DNA of 64,000 bases from Tubiluchus corallicola (taxonomy: Eukaryota > Animalia > Priapulida), in the NCBI GenBank assembly GCA_030141605.1, contig JAQGDQ010000006.1, positions 806,001 through 870,000 of the forward strand, read 5' to 3'. The position numbers were made by a program, and so were the translations under genes. Under the pieces are notes generated by a model that saw nothing but the letters and a program-made list of their open reading frames with translations, had not been told where the DNA came from and did not search any database. Of the stretch, positions 61,101-64,000 are shown piece by piece (the stretch's first letter is position 1; every line of letters begins with the position of its first letter).

Positions 61101-63655
61101 AAACAATTTCGTCTAGTTACTGGTTGCTATAGCAACAAGTTGCAGGCTTAATTTCTCGCAAAAAAGTTCACCCTCATATGTTCGCATTCGATAGATATTC
61201 CTTTATACAAGTGGCTAGCAGTCAATCGGGAAGCAAAAGTATAAATAGTAATTGTACTGTTTTACGTTACTATTGTGTTTTTAGAAGAGAATAATCCACT
61301 GTTTTAATGCTTAAAATGAGGTAAAATGTTGTTGATAAAATTAAAAGTGGCTTTGAGCAAAGTGAAAAAAATCATCGTTAAAATGAAACATGCATCGCTG
61401 GGAAAACAAAACATCCCTAAATAAGGAATCATTAAGCAAGGACTTACTGTAGCACATTTATTTTGCTGCTTTAATGTATTGACAGAACTTATGATCCTGT
61501 TACCTTCAATGACATCTACGAAGTTTTATTTCTATTAATTGATTGACCTTTTGTTACCAGGTTAGGTATCTAGACTAGGAATGGTGAGGTTATGTATGAG
61601 AGGTTAAGATGCCTGCATTTCACGAGGTTCCTGTAGGTTTTGTACTCGTTCTGGGCGGTGTCATTCGTAAACGTGGCTGTTTACCTTGCAGAGGGATGAC
61701 ATATATACATCCGAACTTGACTGTGATGCCTCTGCCAGTTCAATGGCTCCAGTCAAGCCACAAATATCTTTTTAAATTGGCCCTGTTTTTGAGTGTTTTC
61801 TGCCTTGCAGTATGCCAAAGTGTATAAAAAAGTCTGACATTTTAGGTTTGCTAAACAAAAGACATTTTTATGGTTTTTTGATTTTCTATATTAGTCTGAT
61901 AGTCTGACTAATATGCATTAATTTAGATTATGTAACCAAATTATATCAGTTAACATTCCAGATCAGCATCACATTTGCAACATGTATTATATTATTTACT
62001 TTTAAATGTGCATTAAATCAAATATAATCAGATTGTAAGAAAGTTACAAAAAACTAATCCATGCTTTCCTTTGTGTCTCAATTTTTGATTGTTTGGTCAT
62101 TGATACTTTGTGATAAACTTTGCTTCCTGTGCCCAAATACATTCATATTTTACTGTAGAGTGTACAGAGCTGACTTGAAATTTCTTCAAGAAACTTGTTA
62201 GAAGCAGTGTCTGCTACTATGTATTGTCTTTGATCTCTGGAATGTGATATTTTTTTCTCAGTTTTAATGACAATAAGTGGTGCATGGTACTACACATTGA
62301 CCCATTTTTACTGTATCAATCCATCAATCCCTAGGTTTATTTTTTCAATGTGTGAAATGTTGTTACTTGTTATGCATTTACCACACTTAGCTGTGAAGCT
62401 GCTTAACTATACAAGACACTGCAATTATAATAAAATTGTTCGTAATATTTCTGTTTTGTCAATATATAAAATGATCATTTAATTTCACACTGAGCTGGAG
62501 TGCTTGCATTATCTGCGTCATCTTTAATAGATGAGAGCTAACTTGGTTAAACTTACAGTAGAATGTTTTTCATAATGCTCTTTATAAGACAGTCAGTTGA
62601 TTTGTAAGTCGGGATCCGTTGATTGACATTTTTTGGGAATCCCACTTACAAAATTAGCTCATTTCTTTCTCTGTGTGTTTCAATTTAGCTGATTATATTT
62701 ATATAGAGAGATAACAGAATATACGCGTACATGTAGTTATCGAGATTGTATAATCTAGTTCAAGTCTGTTTCCTGCAGAATCACCAAAGACGTAAATGAA
62801 ATTTTAGACAGCCAGGAAAAGGAGGAAAACAGGCAAAAGCAGCAGCTGCAGGCACAGCAGAAGAAAACACACACTTTTAAGGCAAATGAAGATTTTCTCA
62901 GTGATATAAAGGGTAATAATTCTTGAATTATTTTAAATGTGTTGTAGTAAGCACTTAAGTTTCACTTCATTTCTTATCGTCTTTATATAGAACATTTACT
63001 TTGTAGTTGCAAATTGTTGAGCATTCTAAAAACTTTTTGTTGTTTGTTTGTTAATGTTAATGATTATGTCAATGTTTACCTTAGCACATTTAGAGAATGT
63101 ATTGGTCAAAACCTGAGCTATCCAAATTACTTTCTCTTAAGCAAACTGCTTCGTTCTGACTTTGGCTGTTGAGTCTTTTGGTGTGTTTGCCGAGTCATCA
63201 ATCTCTGTAGTTAGCATGGACACGCTTTCATGCATACAACATTGCAATCTCATTAGTGATTATTGGTTATTGGTTAATGCGTTTTTTGGTTTGCTTTTCT
63301 ATATTAGCTGCTTTGTAGTGTGTACAAAAACCTTTCTGACAAAAAATCTCAAAAAATGTCAGATTTGTTTTGTGTACACCTCGCTTGAGCTTGTACTAAA
63401 ATTTTTTTAATAATACAACAGGTTTTTCTGTTATCCTGTTTAGAATTTGTCCGAAACAGTATTGGTAAATAAGCTATTGACATGTCACTTTTCCAGGCTT
63501 AACAAGTGAGGAAAAACTGAGAAGAGCTGCAATGGAGAAAGATAAGGGCAATGAATCATTTAATGCTGGTGATTATGATGAAGCATTGCATTATTACACA
63601 CGAAGTATCAGCCTTTCTCCTCTAGTGGCCTCTTTCAACAACCGTGCCTTAGTCG
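58121..63655 (+). CDS. SPAG1: Sperm-associated antigen 1 (dynein arm assembly TPR co-chaperone), first five coding exons; continues beyond the window
   Basis: Exons 58121-58263, 58582-58741, 60363-60568, 62779-62912 and 63497-63655, all GT-AG with phases 2,0,2,1,1. Peptides IPLESLDYKHIEKCTNIKEVEKILRILRSGEEGIFPDLIKFCE, LPPVR, PRSYEKWDK and EKDKGNESFNAGDYDEALHYYTRSISL..NNRA match the recalled SPAG1 N-terminus and TPR1. Confidence 0.92.
59856..59943. repeat. 43-bp exact tandem duplication
   Basis: attgtctggcaacattactctctatatagctgcagtatataca occurs twice in tandem. Confidence 0.95.
61123..61136. promoter_or_regulatory. Perfect palindromic RFX X-box in a SPAG1 intron
   Basis: GTTGCTATAGCAAC fits the X-box consensus GTHNYY-AT-RRNAAC. 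Confidence 0.6.
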
Positions 63656-64000
63656 GTATGCATCCTATAATGTTTTAGCAAGAGATTAGGCAACCAACAA
63701 GATATTATAAGTATCAGCCATGTCACTTATTTAATAGACCGTGGATCTGTTTTGAGCATTAGGTTTTACATTCAACTATTGAATTTGTTCGCAATTTTGT
63801 GCGACGTACTCAGTCTCTACTAAATTAGATATTCAGTTAAATATGATTTTTCATTTACATTATCTTGTTAATCAGTTTTTAGTTACAAACATACAGACCA
63901 AGTATTAATATTTTGTAAAAGTTTGTACATCTTTTACTTTAATTAGTTTCATTTGTTTAATGAGTTGCAGGTTTTGAAAGTGCTTTGCTTGTCAACTACT

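Noticed and set aside
61609-61827. 72-aa ATG ORF in a SPAG1 intron
   Set aside because: No recognisable homology, and it is not needed for the SPAG1 frame.

Overview
AT-rich, intron-rich animal (invertebrate-like) genomic DNA, not prokaryotic. Four protein-coding genes can be spliced together by eye. (1) The 3' half of CNEP1R1/TMEM188 on + (1..2898), whose intron 1744-2131 has the signature of a U12 minor-spliceosome intron. (2, 3) Two complete tandem ADAM17/TACE paralogs on - (copy A 3879-26768, ~826 aa; copy B 32184-51505, ~770 aa). Each has 16 coding exons with identical intron phases and an intact [12 protein letters not shown] zinc site, but they differ in active-site, membrane-proximal and tail motifs. 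(4) The 5' part of SPAG1 on + (58121 to the window end). Intron 5 of ADAM17-B holds a full-length 3011-bp P-superfamily (THAP) transposon with 62-bp TIRs, a perfect 8-bp TSD and a frameshifted transposase. Introns and intergenic DNA also carry LINE (L2/Crack-like, CR1-like, CRE-like), Gypsy, Helitron, pogo/Tigger and hAT MITE relics. I found no clearly new multi-gene system. The best leads are the asymmetric ADAM17 duplicate pair, the young P element, the minor intron, inverted MITEs bracketing the catalytic exons, and RFX X-boxes. All gene identities come from my recall of family motifs, not from database searches.
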